Source: a bacterium | GTDB lineage: Bacteria; Bacillota_I; Bacilli_A; RFN20; CAG-826 | Direction: 5' to 3' | Assembly: GCA_963623195.1 (NCBI GenBank) | Contig: CAVFKA010000010.1 | Location: 200,974 to 264,973 of the forward strand | DNA length: 64,000 nt | Shown here: one piece after another, positions 1 to 9,455 of the stretch | How the letters are laid out: every line of letters begins with the position of its first letter | Position numbering within the stretch: position 1 is the stretch's first letter | Position numbers and translations under genes: made by a program | The notes under the pieces: generated by a model | Told to the model about the DNA's origin: nothing | What the model saw: the letters and a program-made list of their open reading frames with translations, nothing else | Database searches by the model: none

Positions 1-111
1 AAAACATCATCAAGATTTCTTTCAACAATAGGCTTGATTATTCAAAGATAATATATGAGAAAGAAATCACACTAAATTCAACTAAAAACGCCAAAATAGG
101 AGGTTATTTAT

Positions 112-1242
112 ATGTCTAAAGTTTCAAAATGGTGGAAAGAAAAAGATACAAAGGGGAAGATTGGCTTCATTATTTCCCAAATATTAGTCATTATCTCCAT
201 CCTTGCTTTGCTAGGCTTGATTTTCTGTCGTCAATTATTTGGCGATGAAATCGGCGATGCAATTCTTGGAGCCGGAGTGGAAAACGGATTTATCGCAATA
301 GGCAATGGCTTTATGTATTCAGGCAATAAATTGGTTATATCTTTCATCACCATCTTTATTACCATCATCATTACCTGCATTTTCAATTTTATTGTCAGAC
401 TTTGCACAAGAAACGGCAAAAAAGCAATGACAATCGGATCTTTGATTCGCTCTCTCATTAAATATATAGCCGTATTAGTCGATATTGCGATAATCCTTGC
501 AACTTGGGGAGTTGATGTTGCATCAATCGTGGCAGGACTTGGAGTTTTAACGCTTATCATAGGCTTAGGTTGTCAATCGCTCATTCAAGACGTTGTTTCT
601 GGTTTATTCATGGTTTTTGATGATTATTTCGATGTCGGAGACATGGTTATCATCGATGGTTTTAGAGGATATGTTTCTCAAATCGGTCTTCGCTCAATAA
701 AAATAGATGACAGAGTTGGCGAAATTAAATCAATCAACAACTCTTCAGTTACCTCATGCGTAAATCTTTCAAGAGAAGATAACTGGATATTCATGGAAAT
801 AGAAGCTTCATACGAAGAAGACCCAAGAAAAGTTGAAGCAATTCTTCTTAAGGAACTCCCTCTTCTAAAAGACAAGATTCCTCAAGCGATAATTCCTCCT
901 TCATATTTAGGAATGTCTGAATATCATGATTCAGGCATTGGATATAAGATTTATGCGACTTGCAAAGCCCCATACCGTTTCCAACTTGAAAGAGATCTTA
1001 GAAGAGAACTTTATCTCATCATGGTTAAAAACAACATCAATGTCCCATATGCCCATGTGGAAATCATTCAAGCAAAGGAAGGTTCAAAACCATCTGCCAC
1101 GGCAAGTGAGGCTGAAGCTTCTGAAGCATTTGAAAAATCAGTGAGAAAACCTGCCTCAAAAGCAAAGAAACGTTCCGTCTTCCAACATGTTAAAGACGCA
1201 TATGACGAAACGATTGAAGAAACGAAAAAAGACCTTAAATAA
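112..1242 (+). CDS. MscS-family small-conductance mechanosensitive channel
   Basis: 376-aa ORF. AGGAGG SD upstream of the ATG. N-terminal TM helices are followed by the conserved MscS TM3/beta-domain stretch (QSLIQDVVSGLFMVFDDYFDVGDMVIIDGFRGYVSQIGLRSIKI). Confidence 0.85.
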   Translation: MSKVSKWWKEKDTKGKIGFIISQILVIISILALLGLIFCRQLFGDEIGDAILGAGVENGFIAIGNGFMYSGNKLVISFITIFITIIITCIFNFIVRLCTRNGKKAMTIGSLIRSLIKYIAVLVDIAIILATWGVDVASIVAGLGVLTLIIGLGCQSLIQDVVSGLFMVFDDYFDVGDMVIIDGFRGYVSQIGLRSIKIDDRVGEIKSINNSSVTSCVNLSREDNWIFMEIEASYEEDPRKVEAILLKELPLLKDKIPQAIIPPSYLGMSEYHDSGIGYKIYATCKAPYRFQLERDLRRELYLIMVKNNINVPYAHVEIIQAKEGSKPSATASEAEASEAFEKSVRKPASKAKKRSVFQHVKDAYDETIEETKKDLK

Positions 1243-1246
1243 AATA

Positions 1247-1285
1247 ATACGTCCTCGATTTGAGGACGTATTTAATTTTATTTTT
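1247..1285. terminator. Bidirectional intrinsic terminator between convergent mscS-like and GGDEF genes
   Basis: Perfect 10-bp hairpin ATACGTCCTC-N5-GAGGACGTAT (1247-1271). It is flanked by an A-rich run on the left and a T-rich run on the right. Confidence 0.6.
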
Positions 1286-2633
1286 CGAATGTTATTTTGA
1301 ACCCATCAGTCTTTTTGGATTTATACATTGCATCATCCGCTTTCTTATAAAGGGTGTTAAAATCGCTTTCTTCTTCACCGTTAAAGAATGTGCATCCCGC
1401 TGAAATGAATATGTTTTTGCTAAGATCTTCTTCTATATGAATATTTTTGAAGAGATTTGCAACATCCTTCCAAGTAGATTCCGCTTCATCTTCATTGTTA
1501 ATATTAGGTATAAATGCGGCAAACTCATCTCCACCAAGTCTCATGATGATCGAATTGCTCTTATCGCCAATCTTTCTAAGGCATCTAGCAATTTCTTTGA
1601 TGACATGGTCTCCGGCTTCGTGACCATATGTATCATTTATTGCCTTGAAATGGTCAACGTCCATAAGACAGAAGATTCCAGGTGTTTTTTCTTTGATGAT
1701 TTCTTTTATTTTTCTTTCGCCTGTTCCTCTATTTAAGATTCCAGTTAATTGGTCTATTTCCGCGAGCGCTCTTAGCTCATTTTCCCTTCTTTTGTCATCT
1801 TCAATAACTTGAACGGTCCATAAGACATGATGAAGCTTACCATCAGGGGTAAAATCTTCTTTGATGAAAGATGCGCGAACCCAGCCAGAAAAGAGGCCAA
1901 TGAATTCGATTGAGATTGAGTTTTTCCCTTTCATTCTCTCTTCTAAGGAATCTAAAGAGCAAAAATCAAGAACTTCATCAACGAATGTAGGTTCAACGAC
2001 GTAATTAAGGATTGCTTTTGCATTAGCATCGAAATCATCTGTGTTTGGCACTTGCGAATGTCTTATATGCTCATTTGTTTTTATCTCAGTGAATGTACGC
2101 TTGATAACATCAACCCTGAACATCGAATAATAGACCTTTGCTAAGGCCGCATACGCTTTAGACATTCCAAGATTATGATCCTTTGTTCTATCGGCAACGA
2201 TTTGATCAACGTTACGGAAACCAGCAACTAGGCGAAGAGGCTCACCAACGCGTGAGATTCGAATATAATGAGCCAAATAATAATGAATGTCCTCATTATC
2301 GATGACTCTATAGGAAAGTTCCATTTGTTCTCTTCCATCAGAGAATGTTTTTATGATTTCTTTAGGACCTAATTTCGTTAAGAAATATTCCAAATCATCT
2401 GGGTGAACACGACCTTTTGTATATCTTTTTAGCATAGAAGAATATTCAAAATCATTCGCTTCAGAAACGATTCCCTCAGTGACGTATCCATTCAATTTGA
2501 CTATACGTCCCTTATCAATTTCAGGTTCAACGAGATAGACGTTCAAATAATTGATTGCCAAAGCTTTGAACATTCTAATGTAATCTGAAAGTTCTTCTTC
2601 GATAGAAATATGATTGTTTCTTATTTTTTCCAT
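1278..2633 (-). CDS. Diguanylate cyclase (GGDEF domain) with uncharacterised ~280-aa N-terminal sensor region
   Basis: 451-aa ORF with an SD (AGAGGGGAAG). The C-terminal GGDEF domain has an intact active-site motif (RLGGDEFAAF) and DxLTGxxNR (DQLTGILNRG). Confidence 0.85.
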   Translation of the reverse strand: MEKIRNNHISIEEELSDYIRMFKALAINYLNVYLVEPEIDKGRIVKLNGYVTEGIVSEANDFEYSSMLKRYTKGRVHPDDLEYFLTKLGPKEIIKTFSDGREQMELSYRVIDNEDIHYYLAHYIRISRVGEPLRLVAGFRNVDQIVADRTKDHNLGMSKAYAALAKVYYSMFRVDVIKRTFTEIKTNEHIRHSQVPNTDDFDANAKAILNYVVEPTFVDEVLDFCSLDSLEERMKGKNSISIEFIGLFSGWVRASFIKEDFTPDGKLHHVLWTVQVIEDDKRRENELRALAEIDQLTGILNRGTGERKIKEIIKEKTPGIFCLMDVDHFKAINDTYGHEAGDHVIKEIARCLRKIGDKSNSIIMRLGGDEFAAFIPNINNEDEAESTWKDVANLFKNIHIEEDLSKNIFISAGCTFFNGEEESDFNTLYKKADDAMYKSKKTDGFKITFEK

Positions 2634-2653
2634 GCTCTTCCCCTCTTTAGTGA

Positions 2654-3397
2654 TTATCTAAGTTTTAAATACTCTTCATCATTTACTGGTTCTAGCCATT
2701 CGTTTGAAGTTTCCTCGCCAGGAACTTCAATTGCCAAATGAGAGAACCACGAATCTTTTGTGGCACCATGCCAATGTTTTACGTTTGCTTTGATTACGAT
2801 TACATCACCCGGATGCATCTTTTTAGGTTCTTTTCCTTCTTCGACATACCATCCTTCACCATCTACGCAAATGAGGATTTGTCCTCCACCACTTTTTGCG
2901 TGATGAATATGCCAATTGTTTCTGCAAGAAGGTTCAAAAGTAACATTAGCAATAAAAAGGCTATCATTCTTAGGATCCGTTAAAGGTTTAAGATATGATT
3001 TCCCAATGAAATATTTAGCATATGCAACGTTTTCATCGCCTTGTCCAAAGAAACCGCCATGCTCTTTTGTATCAATTTCGTCTTGATAAACTTCTTTTGC
3101 CATTCTAAAAGCGGCCCAGGCATTTGGCCAACCTGCATAAAAAGCGATATGGGTGAGAATCTCAGCCATTTCTTCTTTACTTACACCATTCTTTTTTGCC
3201 GATTCTAAGTGATATTTCAATGAAGAATCGAGGATTCCTTTTCCAATAAGAGCTGATATAGTAACAATTGATCTTTCTTTCAAAGACAATTTATCTTCTC
3301 TAGACCAAACCTCTCCAAAAAGAACGTCATCGTTAAGCTCTGCAAATTTAGGCGCGAATTCACCTAATGCTTCATGCCCTGCTGTTTGTTTTTTCAT
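2654..3397 (-). CDS. Carboxymuconolactone-decarboxylase (AhpD-like) domain fused to a cupin domain
   Basis: 247 aa. The N-terminal half resembles the CMD family (LSLKERSIVTISALI...HLESAKKNGVSKEEMAEILTHIAFYAGWPNAW). The C-terminal half has a cupin-like His pattern (NNWHIHH...HWHGA). Only 3 nt separate it from the upstream gene's stop. Confidence 0.7.
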   Translation of the reverse strand: MKKQTAGHEALGEFAPKFAELNDDVLFGEVWSREDKLSLKERSIVTISALIGKGILDSSLKYHLESAKKNGVSKEEMAEILTHIAFYAGWPNAWAAFRMAKEVYQDEIDTKEHGGFFGQGDENVAYAKYFIGKSYLKPLTDPKNDSLFIANVTFEPSCRNNWHIHHAKSGGGQILICVDGEGWYVEEGKEPKKMHPGDVIVIKANVKHWHGATKDSWFSHLAIEVPGEETSNEWLEPVNDEEYLKLR

Positions 3398-3400
3398 ATA

Positions 3401-6283
3401 TTACGCCTTTCTTATTAATTCCTTCAAATCTTCTGGTATATCTTCAATTTCGAATTTTGGTTTGGAAACAAAATACCCTTGAACATAATCGCAACCGATT
3501 TCCTTGACGTATTTCAATTCTTCAATTGTTTCTACCGCTTCTGCGACAACCTTGATTCCATTGACTTTGCAATAGGAAACAATAGTCTTTGTAAGTTGTT
3601 TCTTTTTGTCGTCTTTATCGATACCTCTAATTAAAGATCCTTCGATTTTGACATATTTTGGAGAATAGTTAAGAATCATTGATATCGAATTAAAGCCAGT
3701 TCCGTAATCATCAATCGCATAATCGATGTTATTTGAAGTAAGCAAATCGACCTTTTTCCTCATGATATCATTTTGTCCGAAGTCTTCTTCGATAATCTCA
3801 ATCGTAAGTTTGTCGGCGATTCCTTTGTTCTTTTCGAAGAATTCGTTCCAAGCGACATCAGAGAGAATCTGAGAAGAGATTGAGTTGATGAATAATTTCT
3901 TATCCGTTTTCGATTCAATATATTTTTTTGGCGCATTGAATAAGGTTAAATACTCAATATCATATAAACGGTTATATTTCTTTGCTGCGTCAATGACTTT
4001 TAGAGGAGACATGTTAGGCACTGTTGGACGCATGAGGGCCTCATAGCCAAGCACTTCACCGCTATGAATATCGACAATTGGTTGATAAGCGTAAGAAATA
4101 AGGTTTTTTGAGATGATATCATTGAGCTCTTCATATAAGAGATTTTGCTTTTTGTATTCGTTGTATTCCTCATCATCAAACATGACGACTTTGTTCTTAC
4201 CTGAACGTTTAGCCTCATACATGGCAAAATCAGCTCTGTTTCTAAGCTCTTCTATTTCAATTCCTTTTTCATAGCCACAGACGCCAGAGGAGAAAGAAAT
4301 GTAAATCTCTTTTTCTTTGAAAACAATGAATTCTTCTTTGATTGTCTTGAGTTCCTCGATGAAATCTTTCAATTCATCCTCCGAGGAATAATCATAAAGA
4401 TAAAGGATAAATTCATCGCCTGAAAGATGACCGGCTAATAAGTTCTTATGTTTCTTAGTCAAAGAAAGGAGATATGAGCCGATTCTTCTTAGATAAGTGT
4501 CTCCAAATTCATGTCCATATCTATCGTTAATGAGTTTAAGGTTATCAACATCGATCATGAATAAAGAACCGTTTTTGCATTCATTTAGGATTCTTTCGAC
4601 CCTACTCATGAAACCACGGCGATTAAGAAGAGAGGTAAGAATATCGTAATCTCTTTCTTTTTCCACTTCTTTTTTGGCTAGATATTCATCCGTCAAATCA
4701 ATCAATGTGGCAAAAGATCCAGTATTTGAAAGACTTATTTTGAGTTGGAGGTAGTTTGAATCGATATAAAAAACAAATTCATTGTTTTCTAGGAGCATGT
4801 TTTCATCTATGCAATTAGAAGTTTTTTCATAAATTTTTAGCTCATTTAAACGGGAGATGAATTCTTTCGAAGATACCTTTTCATTCGTGTAATTCAGTTT
4901 CAATAGTTTATAAAAAGCGGATGTTGTCGTGACTTCGTCTTTTTCTTTTGAATATTCAAGGAAGGCCATCTTTGTGGATGATGCTTCGACTATTCGATTG
5001 ATTTTTTCACTTAGTTCTGTGTTTTTTCTAAAGTAGCTTTGAATTTCATCCGATAAGGAGTCAACTTCAGCAATTTTGGTTCTAGGAATATCATTAACAC
5101 CTTCTTCGCTGATTGTTCTAGCGACGCCTCTGATTGGCTTTGAAACCATCTCGGAGGTTATAACAAGAGCAATCATGGTAACCAAAAAGGCAATGCCTAA
5201 GGTAAGGCTAACTTGCATAGCAAGCTTATTTGAAGTTTTTAAAATTACCGATGAAGGCGATATTCCAACGACGAACCATTCATCTCCATAAGGGGATTCT
5301 CCGTTATAGATGTTGATTTCATCCTCGTAATAATATTCCTCTTCATCATAATTTTTAAAAGAGTAAATGTTTTCGTAATTAGTTTTCTCTAAAGAAATCT
5401 TCGAGGCGTCAGGCAAGGAATAATCAACATACTGCGTGAAAGCAGAATAATTGCCGTTTTGTCCTCTACTGATGAGAGCGAGGTTAAGATTATCTCCTTT
5501 TGAGATGCTAGACATATAGTTTCTAAGGTATTGTTCAGTTAAGCCGACACCCATAACTCCGATGACTTTGTTTTCATAAATCAAAGGCAAAGAGTATGTT
5601 AAAACATTATTTGAAGCAATATTTAGGGTACAAGTCCAATAACCAACGACATCTTCATCAAGATGAGCGTTCATATATTGATATGGATACTCATAGAAGC
5701 CTTTATTAGAGATATCCGAATATTTGTTATCATCAACATTAACCGAAATGCTAAAGCCTTGATCGTAATAAGAGTCAAACAAAACATATGGAGAATAGAT
5801 GACTTCAATTTCTGAACTATCAGATTTTAGAGGGTTTTTAGCTCTTAAATATACTGTCTCTTTCTCGCTAGAATATGTCGTATTTAAGACAAGGAAAGAG
5901 TCATTTACGTGGTTTTTTTGAATTAATTCAGGAAATATAGCGCTTTGGGAAAGAAGCAACGAATTTGTCTCGTTTTTGTTTGATAAAACTTCATCGATGC
6001 TCTTTCCGCTATTTTGCAAATAACTTTTCGTATTGGAAATAAATTGGTCGTAAAAGGAAGTAATATTCGACCATTTTGAAGACATCGAAGTCTCCATGTA
6101 GTTCTTTCTAAGGTTAACTGAGGTTTCAAAGTTGCCAATCAAAGACTTATTTAAAGTGTTTATCCCAACCTCAAAAATAAGGATGACGAAAATAACGATA
6201 CTCTGAGCCAAAACAATAAGAATCGGTGGAACGAATATCTTGAAGTTTATCGTATTATAGATTTTGTAATCTTTTTTCTTCAT
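3401..6283 (-). CDS. Membrane-bound c-di-GMP signalling protein: TM, ~330-aa extracytoplasmic (Cache-like) domain, TM, GGDEF(SGDEF), EAL
   Basis: 960 aa with two TM segments (aa ~15-37 and ~355-377). The GGDEF domain carries variant SGDEF (HLSGDEFILY). The EAL domain has EALMRP, DDYGTGFNS and QGYF motifs. Confidence 0.85.
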   Translation of the reverse strand: MKKKDYKIYNTINFKIFVPPILIVLAQSIVIFVILIFEVGINTLNKSLIGNFETSVNLRKNYMETSMSSKWSNITSFYDQFISNTKSYLQNSGKSIDEVLSNKNETNSLLLSQSAIFPELIQKNHVNDSFLVLNTTYSSEKETVYLRAKNPLKSDSSEIEVIYSPYVLFDSYYDQGFSISVNVDDNKYSDISNKGFYEYPYQYMNAHLDEDVVGYWTCTLNIASNNVLTYSLPLIYENKVIGVMGVGLTEQYLRNYMSSISKGDNLNLALISRGQNGNYSAFTQYVDYSLPDASKISLEKTNYENIYSFKNYDEEEYYYEDEINIYNGESPYGDEWFVVGISPSSVILKTSNKLAMQVSLTLGIAFLVTMIALVITSEMVSKPIRGVARTISEEGVNDIPRTKIAEVDSLSDEIQSYFRKNTELSEKINRIVEASSTKMAFLEYSKEKDEVTTTSAFYKLLKLNYTNEKVSSKEFISRLNELKIYEKTSNCIDENMLLENNEFVFYIDSNYLQLKISLSNTGSFATLIDLTDEYLAKKEVEKERDYDILTSLLNRRGFMSRVERILNECKNGSLFMIDVDNLKLINDRYGHEFGDTYLRRIGSYLLSLTKKHKNLLAGHLSGDEFILYLYDYSSEDELKDFIEELKTIKEEFIVFKEKEIYISFSSGVCGYEKGIEIEELRNRADFAMYEAKRSGKNKVVMFDDEEYNEYKKQNLLYEELNDIISKNLISYAYQPIVDIHSGEVLGYEALMRPTVPNMSPLKVIDAAKKYNRLYDIEYLTLFNAPKKYIESKTDKKLFINSISSQILSDVAWNEFFEKNKGIADKLTIEIIEEDFGQNDIMRKKVDLLTSNNIDYAIDDYGTGFNSISMILNYSPKYVKIEGSLIRGIDKDDKKKQLTKTIVSYCKVNGIKVVAEAVETIEELKYVKEIGCDYVQGYFVSKPKFEIEDIPEDLKELIRKA

Positions 6284-6285
6284 TC

Positions 6286-7665
6286 TTATCTAACGATTGC
6301 TTTCGTGGAAGTTAAAGAGGCGAACCATTCCTCGAATTTCGCATCACTTGCATAACTTTCAATGACGCTTGGTTCATAGTTTGCCGTTTTGATAGCGCTT
6401 AAGGCGTTTGAGCAATAATCCGTGAGGGCATTTTTTAGTGAGTTACGATAATTAGTGCCGTTTTCACCAACGACATTGGTGTACATCGTGTATGTATTGG
6501 TCGTTTCTCTAGCGACGGTGAATGATTTTTTGAATTTATCGTTCTTTTGAGATGAAATGAATTCATCGGTGAAGCCATCTTTTGTTGATGGGAAATACCC
6601 AGACATTGAGCAGAAACTGCTGATATTTTTTTTATTCGTTAACCATTTAAGGAAGTCAACAGAGGCTTTTTCTGTTCCTTCATCGGATTTAGTGACGCAG
6701 AAACCAGCGCCTTGCGAAACGGCATATTTACCCTTTCCTTCAAATGTTGGAGAGCACATGACATATGGTTCAATTTCATGTGATGAGTCATCTCCATCAA
6801 AGACTTTCGAAGGGAAATATGAGCTTGATGACGTTGATCCAATATAGGATAAGATAGAGCCAGCTTGAAGAGCGTTGCTTCTAAACTTGCCATCAGCATT
6901 GAAATATCCTCTTACCATTGGAACGGCATAAGAATCCCAAAGTTTTTTGAAAACATCGTGATCATAGTTGATTCCGAATTTGTTATTTGAATCGTAACCG
7001 ATAACGTCGATGCCTAGTTGTTTGGCTGAAATAACGAAATAATTATCGAGGGAATCTCTTCCAAAGAAAGCTTTTCCCGTAGCTTCGTAATATTTTTTAG
7101 AAACCTCGATTAATCCTTCGATTGTTTCTAAATCTGAATATTTGATGTTGAGTTCTGCGTGTTCACTCAAAAACTTATCGAAGTCGGTTTTATTAATGAA
7201 GAGAGCCTCGGTTGATTTAGCGACAGGCAAGACTTTTAAAGATGAATCTTGGCCTAATTTCCCTTCATTAAGGAAACCTTCATTGAAATTAGAGAGCTCA
7301 TCTTTGGAGAAATAGTTATCCAAAGAGACTATTTTGCCTAACTTATCTAGTTCAAATGCAGTATCTGGGTAAGCTAAGAACATCTCAGGCATGGCATCGG
7401 AGCCAAAATCCCCCTTAGCTGATGCGAGCAAGGCACTCAAAAGATCATTGACTTCCGATCCTTTTGAGGTGGTATTAACGACAATGTGGTTCTCCTTGCC
7501 TTGAGTATTGTTATATTCCTCGATTATCTTTTGAAAAGATGTCTCAGTATCGGCATTATAATAAGTCCATATCATCAATGAATATGTTTTTGTCTGCGTA
7601 TTGCAGGATGTCATTCCTAGCAAGGTTGTTCCAAGCAATGTTAGGTTACGTATTACTTTTCTCAT
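6286..7665 (-). CDS. Extracellular solute-binding lipoprotein (ABC-type, family 1 sugar-like SBP) with no cognate permease or ATPase nearby
   Basis: 459 aa. Signal peptide with lipobox (LLGMTS-C). Overall SBP-like sequence (LMIWTYYNAD..., KVLPVAKSTEALFINK). SD AGAGGAAC. Its stop lies 2 nt before the GGDEF-EAL start. Confidence 0.75.
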   Translation of the reverse strand: MRKVIRNLTLLGTTLLGMTSCNTQTKTYSLMIWTYYNADTETSFQKIIEEYNNTQGKENHIVVNTTSKGSEVNDLLSALLASAKGDFGSDAMPEMFLAYPDTAFELDKLGKIVSLDNYFSKDELSNFNEGFLNEGKLGQDSSLKVLPVAKSTEALFINKTDFDKFLSEHAELNIKYSDLETIEGLIEVSKKYYEATGKAFFGRDSLDNYFVISAKQLGIDVIGYDSNNKFGINYDHDVFKKLWDSYAVPMVRGYFNADGKFRSNALQAGSILSYIGSTSSSSYFPSKVFDGDDSSHEIEPYVMCSPTFEGKGKYAVSQGAGFCVTKSDEGTEKASVDFLKWLTNKKNISSFCSMSGYFPSTKDGFTDEFISSQKNDKFKKSFTVARETTNTYTMYTNVVGENGTNYRNSLKNALTDYCSNALSAIKTANYEPSVIESYASDAKFEEWFASLTSTKAIVR

Positions 7666-7736
7666 AAAAAGGTTCCTCTAAACAATTATGTGTATTTATT
7701 TTAGCACTTCTAGAAAGTTTTTAATATAGGTGAGAA

Positions 7737-7757
7737 AGAAGCCTTTTAAGGGCTTCT
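7737..7757 (-). terminator. Hairpin downstream of the CoA-transferase gene (weak terminator)
   Basis: AGAAGCC-N7-GGCTTCT stem. On the minus strand it is followed by TTCT only, a short T tail. Confidence 0.35.
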
Positions 7758-7763
7758 AATCGA

Positions 7764-9380
7764 TTATTTTGTTTTGAAAGATTTGTTTCCGTCGGAGAAG
7801 GACATGTTCTTTTCAAGATTTGGATATTTGCTGTTATATGTCGCAGGGCTTGGGAAACCAACCTCTCCAACTGCTTTTGTTTGAACATATGTCCTTGAAT
7901 GATTGAAATAATTTGGAAGAGGCTTATCCGTGATATTTGTTTTATCGGAGACTTTGTTTTCTTTTTCGCAAAGATCACTCATCTCATGAAGGAGAGTTGC
8001 CCCTCTAGTCAAGGAAGTCGTTACCTTTTGAACCTTGCCGCCTTTGAGGTTATCTCTAATCGCCATAAGGGTGCCAAGAGCAAGAATAAAGCCAGGAACG
8101 TAATCAAGAGGGACTCCATTTAGGTTTACTGGATTCTCTTTCGAGCCATTTCTAATTGAAAGACCGGTGATATCTTCAGCTAAAGGTGCCCAACCTGGTC
8201 TATCTTTCCAAACCGTATCAGAGAAACACATAAGGTTAGAATAGATAACATTTGGGTTGATTTTTCTTATTTCTTCTTCAGAAAGGCCAAACTTATCGAA
8301 ACATCCGTTTTGATATGAATAGGTGATTACGTCTGCTTCTTTGATTAGTTCTTTGATTCTTGAGAGGTCTTCTTCCTTATTTAAATCAAGTTGGATCGAA
8401 TCTTTTCCTGCCCAGCCATCAAGTTCGAGCATGGCTTGTTCTTGTTCTTTGAAGGAACCTCTTCTAACTAAGAGGACATCTGCGCCATATTCGGCTAAGA
8501 TTCTTGAGCATGCAGGCCCAGCGATAATGTGTGTCAAATCAAGGACTTTGATGCCAGTCAGTGGACCATTTTCCAAAGATGGAGAAAGTTTCATCTTGGC
8601 GTTATCGTTGGTTTCTTCGAATCTAATCAGCGGCATCTCTTTGACGGCTTTGCCAACTTCACTTGCTTCCCATTCGTCTCTTGAACGAAGAATACATGCG
8701 CAAGCCCCACAAGAGAAAGCAAGTTCTTCAAGCTCTTTTGAATCCCATTTAGCCACTTCTTTTTTAAGATATTTGATATCTTTTTTTGTGGACATGAGGG
8801 TGAATTTATCATAAGGCTTATCTAATTTCATTCCTTCGACAAGTTTCTTTTGCTGTGATTGATAATAGGTATGGAAAGAAATGTAACGACCATCTTTTGT
8901 CTTATATTTATAGAATGATCCATTTATCGCATTATCAACTCTTATTGCAGAGGCTAAGCGTGATTTTTTGAATTCTTTGTCGTAATAGTTGGCCATATAG
9001 AGCCTTATTGCTTGGAGTCCTGCATAGGAGATATCGCAATAGATATGGCCATCTTTGATATCATCTCCTCTAAGTTGGCCGATTTCGCTCGCTAGGTTGC
9101 TACAAAGAGATAAAACAGCCGCAATGACTGAACTTTGCAAAACCTTTTCATCAAGGAATAATTTATTTACGGCTTTCTTCCTTAATTTTGCTAAAACGAA
9201 AGCAATCACATGAGGAAAAGGGTTTTCGGCAAGATAATTCTTCTTGAATTCTTTCTCAGCCTTTTCTGAGGCGATAAAGGTTACAGGCAATTTAGAATCT
9301 ATCTTCAATAAATCAGATAGGTAGTCATAGATTATTTGCGCTTCTCTAGCTTTCTTCTCAAGTATTTCTTTTGTAGACAT
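7764..9380 (-). CDS. Family III CoA-transferase (CaiB/BaiF-like) with apparently permuted domain order
   Basis: The large Rossmann domain motif GPLTGIKVLDLTHIIAGPACSRILAEYGADV lies at aa ~285 instead of the N-terminus, with the catalytic-Asp region VPLDYVPG. Small-domain-like segments (YKTKDGRYISFH, SKELEELAFSCGACACILRSRDEW) lie N-terminal to it. The start is set at ATG 9380, which has a GGAGGAG SD. The ORF-track start at 9395 is a TTG that overlaps that SD. Confidence 0.7.
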   Translation of the reverse strand: MSTKEILEKKAREAQIIYDYLSDLLKIDSKLPVTFIASEKAEKEFKKNYLAENPFPHVIAFVLAKLRKKAVNKLFLDEKVLQSSVIAAVLSLCSNLASEIGQLRGDDIKDGHIYCDISYAGLQAIRLYMANYYDKEFKKSRLASAIRVDNAINGSFYKYKTKDGRYISFHTYYQSQQKKLVEGMKLDKPYDKFTLMSTKKDIKYLKKEVAKWDSKELEELAFSCGACACILRSRDEWEASEVGKAVKEMPLIRFEETNDNAKMKLSPSLENGPLTGIKVLDLTHIIAGPACSRILAEYGADVLLVRRGSFKEQEQAMLELDGWAGKDSIQLDLNKEEDLSRIKELIKEADVITYSYQNGCFDKFGLSEEEIRKINPNVIYSNLMCFSDTVWKDRPGWAPLAEDITGLSIRNGSKENPVNLNGVPLDYVPGFILALGTLMAIRDNLKGGKVQKVTTSLTRGATLLHEMSDLCEKENKVSDKTNITDKPLPNYFNHSRTYVQTKAVGEVGFPSPATYNSKYPNLEKNMSFSDGNKSFKTK

Positions 9381-9455
9381 ATTCTTCTCCTCCAAGGGAT
9401 ATTCGATAAGAATATTTTAACTTATAAGTAAAAATTTATCAAATTGAGTAAGTGA

